From Pachysolen tannophilus NRRL Y-2460 (lineage: Eukaryota), in contig KV454012.1 of NCBI GenBank assembly GCA_001661245.1, forward strand, positions 1,260,848 through 1,324,847: a stretch of DNA of 64,000 nucleotides, in the 5' to 3' direction. Made by a program: the position numbers and the translations under genes. Numbering within the stretch: the first letter of the stretch is position 1; each line of letters begins with the position of its first letter. Positions 10,979 through 21,749 of the stretch are shown here, one piece after another. The notes beneath the pieces were generated by a model. The model had not been told where the DNA came from. It worked only from the letters and a program-made list of their open reading frames with translations, and did not search any database.

Positions 10979-12418
10979 TTAAAAAGTTTTCTTTGTACCT
11001 CTAAATTCAGCGTTTAATGGAGCACGATTAGCGCCACTAGCAGCATTTCTATCTCTTCCACCTCTGTTACTAAAATTACCTCTTTGGCCACCTCTTGAAT
11101 TACCGCCACCTCTTGGAGTACCACTACGGCTTTGATTTGGATCTCTTGGAGTTGAATAATCTAATCTAACGGCTCTTCCTTCGATATATTCACCATTTAA
11201 AGCTTCAAATGCAGCTTTTGATTCTTCTAAAGAAGAGAATTGAACATAACCAAAACCTTTTGGTTGTTCAGTATCTGGATGTGTTGGAATTCTAACACTA
11301 ATAACTGAACCATATTGGCTAAAAGTTTCAAAAATATTATCCTTATTAGCATTAAAGGATAAATTACCCAAGAATAAAGTATCTGAAGGTTGAGATGGGG
11401 CATCTCCATATTTGTTTGCTCTATCAGCGGTTCTATTAACTGGAGTATGTGGTTTTGATGTTGACATATCCAAATTAATTGGTCTTCCATCAATTTCTTT
11501 ACCTTGCATTTCAGCCAATGCTTTTTCAGCTGACGCCTTATTATCAAAATCAACATAACCATAACCACGAGATTTTCCTGTAGAACGTTCCATAATAACT
11601 CTAGCACCAGTGACTCCACCAACATGTTCAAATTCGTTCTTCAACCAATCGTCATCAATGTTCCAAGACAATCTACCAACAAACAAAGTGGCTGGTTCAC
11701 CAGATTCTGAAGTTGAAGCTGAAGAATTCTTTGCCTTTTTGTTTGGAGTTTCAGGATTAGCATCAGATTTACGTTTATTAGAAACTTCTTTTTTTTCTTC
11801 TTTTGCTTCTGATTCTGATTCAGATTCGGAATCTGAAGAATCGGAAGAATCAGAAGAAGCAGTTGCAGATTCTACTTTCTTTGAATCTTTCAGTTCAGTT
11901 TCTTTCTCATCTGAATCTGAGTCTGAATCTGATGAGGAATCTGAGTCTGAGTCTGAGTCTGAGTCTGATGAAACCTTCTTCTTAGTTTCTTTCTTTGCAT
12001 CATCTTTTTCCGATTCTGAATCTGATGAATCGGAATCCGACTCTGATTCTGATGATTCTGATTCTGAATCTGATTCAGACTTGGATTCTTTCTTTTCAAC
12101 TTTTTCAGTTTTTTTCTCTTCTTCATCGTCCGATGAGGAATCTGAATCTGAATCTGATTCTGATTCTGATTCTGAATCCAGTTTCTTCTTTTCTTCCTTC
12201 TTTTCCTCCTCTGATTCTTCATCACTTGAATCCTCAGAGTCTGAGTCTGATTCTGAATCATCACTTGAAGATTCCTCTTCACTTGAAGAATCAGAAGATT
12301 CTTCTTCTTCAGATTCAACCTTTTTTTCTTCCTTCTTCACTGGCTTCGATTTCTTTACATCCTTAACAGATGAAACCTTCTTTGATGATTTCTTTTCCTT
12401 TACAGCTGATTTACCCAT
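10979..12418 (-). CDS. NSR1: Nucleolin-like nucleolar protein Nsr1
   Basis: Acidic/Ser and basic N-terminal blocks, two RRMs (LFVGRLSWNIDD, RGYGYVDF; LFLGNLSF, KGFGYVQF), RGG tail ending FRGTKKTF. Confidence 0.96.
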   Translation of the reverse strand: MGKSAVKEKKSSKKVSSVKDVKKSKPVKKEEKKVESEEEESSDSSSEEESSSDDSESDSDSEDSSDEESEEEKKEEKKKLDSESESESDSDSDSSSDDEEEKKTEKVEKKESKSESDSESESSESESDSDSSDSESEKDDAKKETKKKVSSDSDSDSDSDSSSDSDSDSDEKETELKDSKKVESATASSDSSDSSDSESESESEAKEEKKEVSNKRKSDANPETPNKKAKNSSASTSESGEPATLFVGRLSWNIDDDWLKNEFEHVGGVTGARVIMERSTGKSRGYGYVDFDNKASAEKALAEMQGKEIDGRPINLDMSTSKPHTPVNRTADRANKYGDAPSQPSDTLFLGNLSFNANKDNIFETFSQYGSVISVRIPTHPDTEQPKGFGYVQFSSLEESKAAFEALNGEYIEGRAVRLDYSTPRDPNQSRSGTPRGGGNSRGGQRGNFSNRGGRDRNAASGANRAPLNAEFRGTKKTF

Positions 12419-12612
12419 TGTCTACCTAAATACCAATTATAATTACTCTTGAACTACTATAGATAAAGTAATAAATTCTTTCTTTTACTTCTTATATATA
12501 CAGATAGATTTAGAGATAATTTTTCACTTTTTACTGCACTTGCATAAAAAAAAATTTTTTTTTTTTTTTCTTTTTTTTTTTTTTCAGTTTAAAAAAAAAG
12601 AAAAAAAAAAAC

Positions 12613-12624
12613 AAAAAATTTTCA
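12613..12624. promoter_or_regulatory. RRPE-like element upstream of NSR1
   Basis: AAAAAATTTTCA (reverse TGAAAATTTTTT) about 200 bp upstream of a ribosome-biogenesis gene. Confidence 0.45.
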
Positions 12625-13267
12625 GTAGTGTTTTGGAATATTAAATATCCAAAAAGGGAAGCTTGATTTAGGACAATAGGGTAAATGCATTAAAAGAAGA
12701 GCAAAGAATATAGATAGATAAAAAGTACCGCTTTTTAGTATGTAATTTAGACTTGGTTCAATTCTAGTTGAATCAATAGCTAATCTTCTACGTTTATTTA
12801 AGCGACTTTATGAAGGGTTAATCTTGATGATCTTAGGGTGTGCGTAACAATGTTTAGCTTCAAATAAAGTGAATTGTAATACGAATCCTTCCCCAAAAAA
12901 TTGTTTAAATTGTTGTAAATGCATGCAGAATTTACGTATTAAAGATTATACATTTCATTTTTTCGTTTTTTTTTGGTGGAGAGTTTCAAATACTATTTGT
13001 ATAACATCAACGAACCTTTTCTCTTTTTCTTAACTGAGAAAAAAAAACATTTCAAGAGTCTTTTGAATCTTTTTTTTGTTAGCAAGAATGCTCAAACTTT
13101 TCACTTTTCATTAACAACAAATCTGCTCTCGGTAGTGTTTCGGTAGTCAAAAAACGGCCCGATAAACTACAACCAAATTAAGAACAAATTGAAACCTCTT
13201 TCAAGATAAAGAGACTGACTATTTACTTAGTTAGTTATTAGCAACTAGATATAATATAGATCAATAA

Positions 13268-13969
13268 ATGTTTTCTTCAAAATCATTTTACCAACAGGAG
13301 GAAGAACGCAAATTTAATCTAATTAAACTTCCTCTTTTACAATTAACTTTAGAGAATTTACCTTTTGCTGAATTTACAGTTGAATTAGAAGATGACAAAT
13401 GGGAAACAGTGGCTGTAAGAATAAATTCTTTATTTCCTCAAGAGAATCTAACTTATAGTGGTCTCTATATGAAGGAAAAATATGAGAAATTATATAAAAA
13501 TTTTATGGGTAATTATAAAGCTTTATTGATGGGACAAAGTCCAATTCCAATAATACTTGAAAATTTTTTCTTACAACAATCTGAAGAAGATTATTATCTT
13601 TATAATATTTTTAAATTGGTAGGTGTAATTATTATTTTTTGCTTATATATATATATATATATAAACTAACAATCTTTAAAGCAACATTATAATGTGCAAG
13701 TTATAGCCAAATTAGCACAAGATAATTTTGAAGAAGAAGCAAGAAGAAATTTCATTAAAAATAAAACTTTACTTTCAAGCAAAATTTATAAAAATAATGA
13801 AAATTATGAAAAAATGGGGAATACTGCATTAATATCAAAAATTGATTATTTACAAAATGAATTAGATAAAAAGGATAGAAAAATTGAACAATTAATACAA
13901 GAAAATAAAAATTTACAAATATTGGCACAAAATAATTTACAAGATTTAGATGTAAATAGTAAAAAATAA
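13268..13969 (+). CDS. Two-exon orphan protein, 212 aa (exons 13268..13618 and 13682..13969), possible Myb/SANT-like helical domain plus C-terminal coiled coil
   Basis: A 63-nt phase-0 intron GTAGGT ... AACTAAC ... AAG joins the two ORF-track ORFs in frame (...IFKL|QHYNVQ...). Confidence 0.7.
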
Positions 13970-14059
13970 TTAAATAAATAAATATTTTTATAATTTATAT
14001 ATAATTAAATGTGTATTTTATTCATAAAATCGAAAAAATTTGATTTTTGATTTATCTCT

Positions 14060-14293
14060 CTATTTAGAACCAGTACCAGCTTTTGGGGGAAACTCCGAAG
14101 ATGAACCATCTGAATGGTTACAAGTACACCAATTTTCTTTAGAAACCTGAGACATAGCATATGGAATATGCTCACCACAACCAATCCAACTAACACCGTC
14201 TAAACCATAATTGTTAATATAATCCTGAAACCCAAAAAAAGATCTTAGAAAATACTACTTACTACAAACTGAACAAGGAGATGGCTTACACAT
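14060..14293 (-). CDS. Spliced 56-aa Cys/His-rich microprotein (exons 14293..14263 and 14199..14060)
   Basis: 63-nt intron GTAAGT ... TATTAAC ... TTTAG. Product MCKPSPCSVCNGVSWIGCGEHIPYAMSQVSKENWCTCNHSDGSSSEFPPKAGTGSK has an MCx4CxxC-x4-WxGCGxH ... WCxC pattern. Confidence 0.85.
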
Positions 14294-14539
14294 GACTTCT
14301 TTTCTGCCTTTTTAAGTAAAAAAAAATAATGATTTTTTATAACAAAATAAGTTTTAACGTAAACTGAAATTTAAAGATATAATTAAATGTTGTATAGGTA
14401 AGATAGGATATACTCAAATCCGATTTCTATCTTTTTTTTTTTCTTTTTTTTAACTTCTACTGCCATCAGGGCAGTCACCGCAGCCGCCTTCAAAAAGAAG
14501 GAAAAAAAAATTTTTTTCTCTCCGAAAGAAAAAAAAAAA

Positions 14540-14621
14540 TGACAATCGTGGGGTTCGAACCCACGCCTCCGAAGAGACCAGGACCTTAACCTGGCGCCTT
14601 AGACCACTCGGCCAGATTGCC
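14540..14621 (-). tRNA. tRNA-Leu, anticodon AAG (IAG), intronless, 82 nt
   Basis: GGCAATC/GATTGTC acceptor stem, A box TGGCCGAGTGG, anticodon arm CCAGG-TTAAGGT-CCTGG, long variable arm, B box GGTTCGAACC, discriminator A, downstream poly-T terminator. Confidence 0.96.
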
Positions 14622-16274
14622 ACTAATTGTAGTAATATTGGTACTTCATAGTTAGTTAAGCGTTTACAGAAAAAAACTCCAATTTGACCTCAAACATATT
14701 CTTGAATACCAAATACTGTTTTTTAAAAAGATTTCCGTATTTTTTAGTTTTAGTTCTGTTTGATTGACAAATTCTTTTCATCTCTTTGTCTGAAGAAATT
14801 ATTCCATACATTACTGGGCCTACCTGGAATGTACAATATAGGGCATTGCTTTCTTTTTCACTTAAATTTTACTGAATTTTTATCATTCTTGTAATTTGTA
14901 TTTTTTCAAAATAATGATTTATCACAATTTAGTGATAAAACTAGATTAACGCAAATAACGCCGTATTGATCGTAAAGTGATAACTGACGTAGTCAAAATA
15001 TTTCATAGCTAAATTATATTTATTTTTCTAAATGAATTAGTTTGTGATCAATAATTTCGCAGATAGTCCAAAATAAACACCGTTATCATATTGTCACAAC
15101 TTAGAATTTTCCAAAAAAAAATTTGAATTTGCAGTGTTACTGCATATGGGTTTCATTACGTGCATCTTAGAATTCTTCATTTAATCATCAAAACAAAGTA
15201 AAAATTATAATTACAACAGTTGAAATGTACTTTTAAATAACGCACATAATTTAGACAATATAGGAAGTATCCATCAACAACACAGTTACTTGAAAAAAAA
15301 AAAAGAAAAAAAAAAACTAAAAGGATATCTCATATCCTACTGGAATAAAATCATTTTTGATTTTTAATTTTTGACATATGCGGAACTATGCCATGGAAAT
15401 AATTATATTAGAATCAAGAAAGGGTACATTACTCCATTTTTTTTTATTTTTTATTTTTTTCTTTTCTCCATTTTGCTTAACAAAAAAAGTCTGACAGTAT
15501 TCTTTCAACTGTTTATTCCGACTATTCAATTCGGTGCTTTATTTCGAGAAAAAAAATAGTGAGCCGCAAGTAATTAAGCATTTAATACCAAACATTATGC
15601 ATGACAGTTGAAAATTATTAATTTATTTTCAACGTTTAAAATTTCAAAATTAGTGTATTAAATATATAATAAATTAGACAAGCCTGCATTATTGTTATAC
15701 AAAAAGTATGCATGAATGCATATATGCAGACTAGTTCGTAAGTTGCATATCGCCATATGCAAAAAAGCCTTTAAATATTCCAAAAAATTGAGCAGTTTCC
15801 GGTCGGTTCTCTTTTTATTGGGTGACTTTAGGCATAGTTAATATGCGAATCTGTAAATTTTTCAAAATAAAAAAAAAAACAATAAAATTCTGTTCAACAG
15901 TTTCTAAGTTATATGTTAACCACTTGATAGATGAAAAATATATATATATATATATATATATAAAAGAAAAAAAAAAAGACTGATTTTTTTTGTTGTTTGG
16001 TTGAAGAGATTTTTTTTTATGGTTGGTAGTTATATTTTATAGTCAATTGATGGTCGATTTCTTCTCAAACATAGTCCAGTAACGTTGTCGGGTTAACTCA
16101 GTGGATTTTTTTTTTTAATTCTTAAATTTTTTGTTTATGGTATATATGTTATTTGGCAAATCAACAGTAGTTGCTACTTATTGTTGTAGTTAGTGATTTC
16201 AACACAAAGAGATCGGGATTAATAATTTCCACTCAAATCACTTTTAAGTGAAAAAAAAAAAAATAAAAAGAACT

Positions 16275-17264
16275 ATGGTTACGAATTATTCACTATCAAC
16301 AATGAATGCAGATTTCAAAGAAAATAGATCTGTTATATTGTCCAGAGATGAACTTAAGACTTCATTACATATAAACCCTGCTCCATATCGCATTTCTTCC
16401 TCAAGTTCGTTGTCTTCGTCACCAATAACTCCAATGACCCCCAATTCGAAATTTCAGTTTGTAAGTGGTGCGGGAGGTGTTGCAAAAGCTACCAAAAACC
16501 AATTATTTTCAACTTCATATTATGCTAATCGGGCTTCATCAGAAACTTCTGTTAATGAAAGTCATTACAATATCAATTTAACTTTAGCTCAAAAATTGAA
16601 AAGAAAATTTGCGCTTAAGAACCAATCTTCAAATTCACCTTATAGCGTTGATACTTCATCTGTTTCTTCTAGACGAAGGGCCAGTACTGCTTCAAGTTAT
16701 CTTAGTCCAGATGAAACTTGTAACGGTAGTTTCAACCAAGGTAATTCTAATTCAATGGATAGCTCACCAATGCTATTTAACGATATGAATTTCGGTACAA
16801 ATTCAAATTCAGATATAAGTGAAAATTATTTTGGTTATATTAATAATGGTAATAATAGTGGAAGAAAAAAATCACTGCCGCTGGTATTAATAGGTGATGC
16901 GAATAATGTTATAAATATGCAAAATACAGATATTCTATTAAGAAGTAATTATTTGGAATTGACAAAGACACATAGCAGCACGTCAAAGTCAGAAGATGGG
17001 TTAGGTTTTTCAGTTTGTGAAACAGATAGTTTATATAGTGCAAGTTCTGTTAATCAACAAATTGAGAAAAGTGAGATGAGTTTTGTGGATGAACAGGACT
17101 ACAAAGATGAAGATTCTTCAAATGAAAAAGAAGATCTGAAATCTAGTAAAAGTGATGTTCAAGAAATTGAAGAAGAATTAGCGGAAGAAGTGGCTTTTGA
17201 TATCTTGGAGAAAGTCCAATTTATCTCTTCGATTCACCCAGAAACTAGTACGGAAGTTGCATAA
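16275..17264 (+). CDS. Ser/Asn-rich orphan protein, probably disordered (first ATG at 16275; about 329 aa)
   Basis: Long ORF in AT-rich DNA; RRRAST and RKKS kinase-like sites, SP/TP sites, acidic C-terminus; no family recognised. Confidence 0.7.
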   Translation: MVTNYSLSTMNADFKENRSVILSRDELKTSLHINPAPYRISSSSSLSSSPITPMTPNSKFQFVSGAGGVAKATKNQLFSTSYYANRASSETSVNESHYNINLTLAQKLKRKFALKNQSSNSPYSVDTSSVSSRRRASTASSYLSPDETCNGSFNQGNSNSMDSSPMLFNDMNFGTNSNSDISENYFGYINNGNNSGRKKSLPLVLIGDANNVINMQNTDILLRSNYLELTKTHSSTSKSEDGLGFSVCETDSLYSASSVNQQIEKSEMSFVDEQDYKDEDSSNEKEDLKSSKSDVQEIEEELAEEVAFDILEKVQFISSIHPETSTEVA

Positions 17265-18079
17265 ATGGCTTCTTTTTTTTTTTTTTTTTTTTTTATTGCT
17301 ATCAGCTTGCTAAAGTTTTGAATTTAAAAGTTTTTTTTTTGTTTTGTTTTGTTTTGTTTGTTTGAATATTTTAGTTAAAGTACGGTTAATGAGGTTGTTT
17401 CTGTTTAGGAGTTTTTGGTTGGTTTTAAATTTTGCCGATAATTGGGTTGCTTGTTGTTGATTTACAAGCTAGATTAGTAGCTAATTTGAAGTAGTTGTGT
17501 CTTTTTTTTTTTTTTGGTTTTTTTTTTATCTTTTCTTATACTTTGTTTCTATCTTTTCTTCGAAAACACTAATAAATTTCAATTAATTTTTCATAGTTAA
17601 ATAAAGTATTTAGTTTGAACCCCAAAATGCATTTAGTTTTGCCGTGGGGTTAAAGGCTGAATTAGAAAACTAACTATTTTTAATTTGCTTTTTAATATTA
17701 CCACTAGGCAAAAAATTTTTTTTCTTATTTTCCGAGGTTAGAACGTAATATTTCAACTAAATTTGCTATCATTTCCATGACGAAGAGAAAATACAACTAG
17801 CCAACTATGAAATTGGCTTAGAATAGTCATTCTGGAAAAAAAATAAAAATAAAAAAATAAAATAAAAGAATATTTGAAAAATTTTTATAAACTATCAACT
17901 GAGCATTATTATTATTTCAAAAGATCTAGAATTATATTATAAAAATAAATATATCAAAGTAAATCATACAGGTGGTAACATAATAAGGAGATACTGGGAT
18001 CTGTTTGCATATAACTTTATATCGAGGTGTAGTTATAGGCGAAAACTACTAAAAAAAAGGCGAGAAATTCTTGGGCAAA

Positions 18080-18445
18080 TATACATAATTTAGTTTTGAA
18101 ATACAACCAATACAATCAATACAACCAACGCAACTTCTCCAATATTATGAGGTTTTAATTTAATTCTATTGAAATTCATGCACTTTCGTTGACTCAGGGA
18201 CTTATAATCTCATAATCTTTTCATAATCTCTCTTATAATCTTATGATCTAGCGATCTCACGATCTCTTCTATTGAAGATTATACAATACAATTCTATAAG
18301 ATTATGAACTTTAAAGATTCTTTCAAATTTGCCCTTTTTTCCTACATTTTTTGCTGTAGGGTAAATAGGGCAGAAACACTAGGCAGACAAATTAGGCAAA
18401 CAAATTAAGTTTAGGCAAACAAATTAGGTCAGCAAATTAGGTCGT
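18080..18445. repeat. Three adjacent degenerate short tandem arrays (AATACAACC-like, ATAATCT-like, TTAGGCAAACAAA-like)
   Basis: Visible repetition at about 18099-18135, 18202-18270 and 18379-18445. Confidence 0.6.
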
Positions 18446-18839
18446 GGCAAACCAAGCAAAAAAATATTAAAGAAAAAAAAAAAAAAGTCTAGCCACAAGC
18501 AAAAGGAGAAATTAGCCCAATTAGGAAATTAAAATTGCAGTATTTATGTCCAAAAGTAAAAAAATCGGTATTATACTTAACTATAGCAACTGCACGTAAT
18601 AATTATATTATTGAAAAGTACTGTATATCTTTTTCTATGTGGACCATTTTTAAATATGAAGTTGTTCACATGTTAACAATAGCTTTGATCTTGTTTAAAA
18701 TCCCTGAGGTTTTGTAGAAATTGCTATTATTTTGAAATTAATTATACAAAAAAAAAAAAATTTTTCACTTTTAATTGATTTTCTGTAAATCAAATCCAAA
18801 TTGTAAAAAAAAAACTACATGACTAGGTTTAATGAAACC

Positions 18840-20105
18840 TTAGCTATTTGATAATTCGTCCTTGGCACCCAAGTATACTTTGAATAAAGCACTTGTTCCA
18901 GAAAGTACTCCAAACATGTAATATAGAGGTTTAGGTACTTTATGGTCTAAATGGAAGACATCAATGGTATCGAAACAAAAATCAAAACTTAATCTTGCAA
19001 TATCTGCAAGTATTATAATTTTTTCCTTTTGTATGAGTTGTAATTCTAATTCTGGGGCAGTGGTTGTTATAATTTCTCTATTTCTTGATGGTGATGACCT
19101 TAAAGGTGATGAATTAATTGAGATGCTAGAGTTTGCGTTATGAGCCAGTCTTAAATTATTTAACATTTGTTTTGCTCTAAGTTTAATTTGTTGATTAAGT
19201 TTAATACTTGCTTCTTTTTCATTTAAATTTGATATTTTTACTAAATTTTTTTTCAATGATAATATTATATCATAATACCATGAAATACATTCATGTCTAC
19301 CCATAAATTTTCTTAATTTTGGATCTGTTAATAGTCCTAATTTAAACAACAATAAAGTTTCATCAGTTAATCCATAATAAAAATCAATTATTTCTCCAAA
19401 TCTTGTTTCGTTAAACCAATTTTCATAAATTTTTTGTAAACCCAATTTAAATCCATATTGATTAGTATAAATTAAATCATTTTTCAAATTTGAAAATATT
19501 TTTAAAAATCTTAATGGTGTCTTACCAAATCTTAATAACTGTCTATATATGGATAATCCTGATATAACTCCAGAAAATCTAGTTATATAAAAATTTGATA
19601 AAAATTTTAAAAATAAATTCGGTGATAAAAATAATAAACGTAAATTTGGTTTGTCCAAAATTATTGAAAGATTATCCTTAGATTGTTTTTGTAAAAATTT
19701 AGAAGCATATATTAACACTATTCTTAATGAATATAATAATACTTTAGCCGTCTTATCTTTCCCATCTAATCTACTCAATATTCTTAGCCAAATATCTATC
19801 CATGAAGTTGTCTCCTTACTAACAGCTTCGCTAGTAGCCTCACTAACACGACTCGATGTTAACCTTGGTGGTAAAAACAATTTTCCCTTTTCATCATCTG
19901 CTTCCTCCGACACCACAGATGAAGTTGAACTGGATAATGATGTTGGTGGAGATATTAATGAACTTTGCATATGTTTACCTTTTATAAATTTATTCTTTCC
20001 AATCTTATCTCCTTTCTGTGAAGTACTTATATGATCAACAAATACTCCTAAAGCACCAGCATCTGCTATATCGAAATCCAGAGAGTTTATAGTAGTCGCA
20101 GACAT
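18840..20105 (-). CDS. PEX25: Pex11-family peroxin, Pex25-like
   Basis: RLDGKDKTAKVLLYSLR, YRQLLRFGKTP, DETLLLFKLG, DIARLSFD motifs; N-terminal extension typical of Pex25. Confidence 0.8.
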   Translation of the reverse strand: MSATTINSLDFDIADAGALGVFVDHISTSQKGDKIGKNKFIKGKHMQSSLISPPTSLSSSTSSVVSEEADDEKGKLFLPPRLTSSRVSEATSEAVSKETTSWIDIWLRILSRLDGKDKTAKVLLYSLRIVLIYASKFLQKQSKDNLSIILDKPNLRLLFLSPNLFLKFLSNFYITRFSGVISGLSIYRQLLRFGKTPLRFLKIFSNLKNDLIYTNQYGFKLGLQKIYENWFNETRFGEIIDFYYGLTDETLLLFKLGLLTDPKLRKFMGRHECISWYYDIILSLKKNLVKISNLNEKEASIKLNQQIKLRAKQMLNNLRLAHNANSSISINSSPLRSSPSRNREIITTTAPELELQLIQKEKIIILADIARLSFDFCFDTIDVFHLDHKVPKPLYYMFGVLSGTSALFKVYLGAKDELSNS

Positions 20106-20304
20106 CTTAAAACAAGTTCATAGACAAACAAATAAATGATTCATTTTATATATTTCAATGTATTATTATTATTACTACACGTTAAATTTTTCAGATTTTT
20201 TATTTTTTTTTTTGCTCTTTTTGAGCGTGAAAAGAAAAAAAAAAGAAATTTCAAAAAATTATATACAAAAAGAGTTACAAGAAGAAAGCAAATGGATATA
20301 ATTC

Positions 20305-21492
20305 TCAAGGTTTAAGGAACTTGTGGATTAATAATCCTGCAGCGACACTGACGTTCAAACTGTCAATTGACTCATCGATGTTGTCTCTGTTCAGTTCTAG
20401 TTCTACCACGTAATTACTTCTAGCTTTTAAACTGGTTCTAACACCTTCACCTTCACTACCTAAGACCAATATAGTTGGGTTTGAATGTAAGATTTGATTT
20501 AAATCATCTGTTGATACTAGGCGTCCATCTTTTTTATTCTTTGGTGTAGGAGCAGAGGTACTAATAAATTTCCAACCATTTTCTTGAGATTTATTGAAAA
20601 ATTCCAAAGGTTTATTTACATTGTAAATTGGTAAAAATTCCATTGCACCTGATGAAGTTTTTGAAACTACTGGTGATAACGGTGAGCAATTTCTTTCAGA
20701 AGTTATTACAAAATCAACTCCGAGATAATAAGCTGTACGTAAAATTGCACCAACGTTATGTGGATCTGAGATTTCATCTAAATATAATCCAAATGCATGT
20801 TTAAAATTTTTAGTAATATTTGATCTTGCAATTTGATGGGTTTCAACAATTTCTGTATCAAAACCTTTGCTGAAAATAGAAAATTCTCCAGTTTCAGAAT
20901 TTGATTCACCTAATTTAAAAATCTCATTTGCTAATAAAGGTTTTGTCTTTAATACATACCCATTATGAACATTATTATGTGTTAAAAGATTCAATTCATG
21001 TTTTGAATCAACAAATTTATAAGGACACTCTCTAAGTTTTGCCAACTCAACTATTTCATCATGTTTTTCCTTTGGATTATAAATTAATAATTCCAAAAAA
21101 GCTTCTCTTTTATTCAGTTTTAATGCAGCAATAACTGGTGAAGTACCAAAAACGTAATCATGCAATGGAGAAGGTTGCAATTTCCTAATTGCATCCATCT
21201 TTACAAACCCACCCCGGTCACCACGACCACCCCGGTCACCCTGGTCACCACGACTACCCCCATTATACTGCTGATACCTCTTCTTATCCTTTGCATGAAC
21301 ATGAGCATATTTCCTCTTATACCAACTCTCTTTATCCTCACCAGCTCTTTCCCAAGCTTTTGGTTTCCTATTCACAACTAAATTCTTTTCAATATTAACA
21401 TTTTTCCCATTTCCAAAACCGCTCTTAAAAGGTGCCTTTATCTCGGCTCGTACAATACTAAATGTACCAAAACATCTCCTACACAAAACCAT
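20305..21492 (-). CDS. MRM1: Mitochondrial rRNA 2'-O-methyltransferase (SPOUT) Mrm1/Pet56
   Basis: LDEISDPHNVGAILRTAYYLG, VSKTSSGAME, LGSEGEG, DSLNVSVAAG; divergent from HIS3. Confidence 0.92.
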   Translation of the reverse strand: MVLCRRCFGTFSIVRAEIKAPFKSGFGNGKNVNIEKNLVVNRKPKAWERAGEDKESWYKRKYAHVHAKDKKRYQQYNGGSRGDQGDRGGRGDRGGFVKMDAIRKLQPSPLHDYVFGTSPVIAALKLNKREAFLELLIYNPKEKHDEIVELAKLRECPYKFVDSKHELNLLTHNNVHNGYVLKTKPLLANEIFKLGESNSETGEFSIFSKGFDTEIVETHQIARSNITKNFKHAFGLYLDEISDPHNVGAILRTAYYLGVDFVITSERNCSPLSPVVSKTSSGAMEFLPIYNVNKPLEFFNKSQENGWKFISTSAPTPKNKKDGRLVSTDDLNQILHSNPTILVLGSEGEGVRTSLKARSNYVVELELNRDNIDESIDSLNVSVAAGLLIHKFLKP

Positions 21493-21690
21493 ACTTCCTC
21501 ACTCACTCAACACAAGAAAAAGAGAAGAAAAAGAGAAGAAAATTTCAATTAATGATGGTAAAGAAATTAATAGAAAAATTGGTAATATTTGGAAAATGAC
21601 ATCGTTTCCTGGTCGTGCAAAAAATGAGTGAAAAATTTTTTCTTTCTTTTTGCAATTTAAAAAAACTTGAAAAATTGCTAGTTATTATGG

Positions 21691-21696
21691 GAGTCA
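21691..21696. promoter_or_regulatory. TGACTC (Gcn4/Bas1-type) core in the MRM1-HIS3 divergent promoter
   Basis: GAGTCA about 55 bp upstream of the HIS3 ATG; short motif. Confidence 0.35.
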
Positions 21697-21749
21697 ACTG
21701 TTAATGATAGATATTTAATAAAAATTATAGTTTTAAGATAATTGGAAGA

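Noticed and set aside
11227..12452. Overlapping and antisense ORFs on NSR1, including the 280-aa Ser/Glu ORF
   Set aside because: Shadow frames of the low-complexity Ser/Asp/Glu repeat of Nsr1
12825..13037. TGATGA...CTGA as a box C/D snoRNA (also 48746-48779)
   Set aside because: No terminal stem or recognisable rRNA guide; spacing atypical
14005..14196. 63-aa minus-strand ORF in the track
   Set aside because: Alternative frame overlapping exon 2 of the spliced Cys-rich microprotein; non-ATG start
14540..14621. Possibility that this tRNA is the CUG-decoding tRNA-Ala(CAG)
   Set aside because: The anticodon is AAG, it has a Leu-type long variable arm and there is no G3:U70 pair
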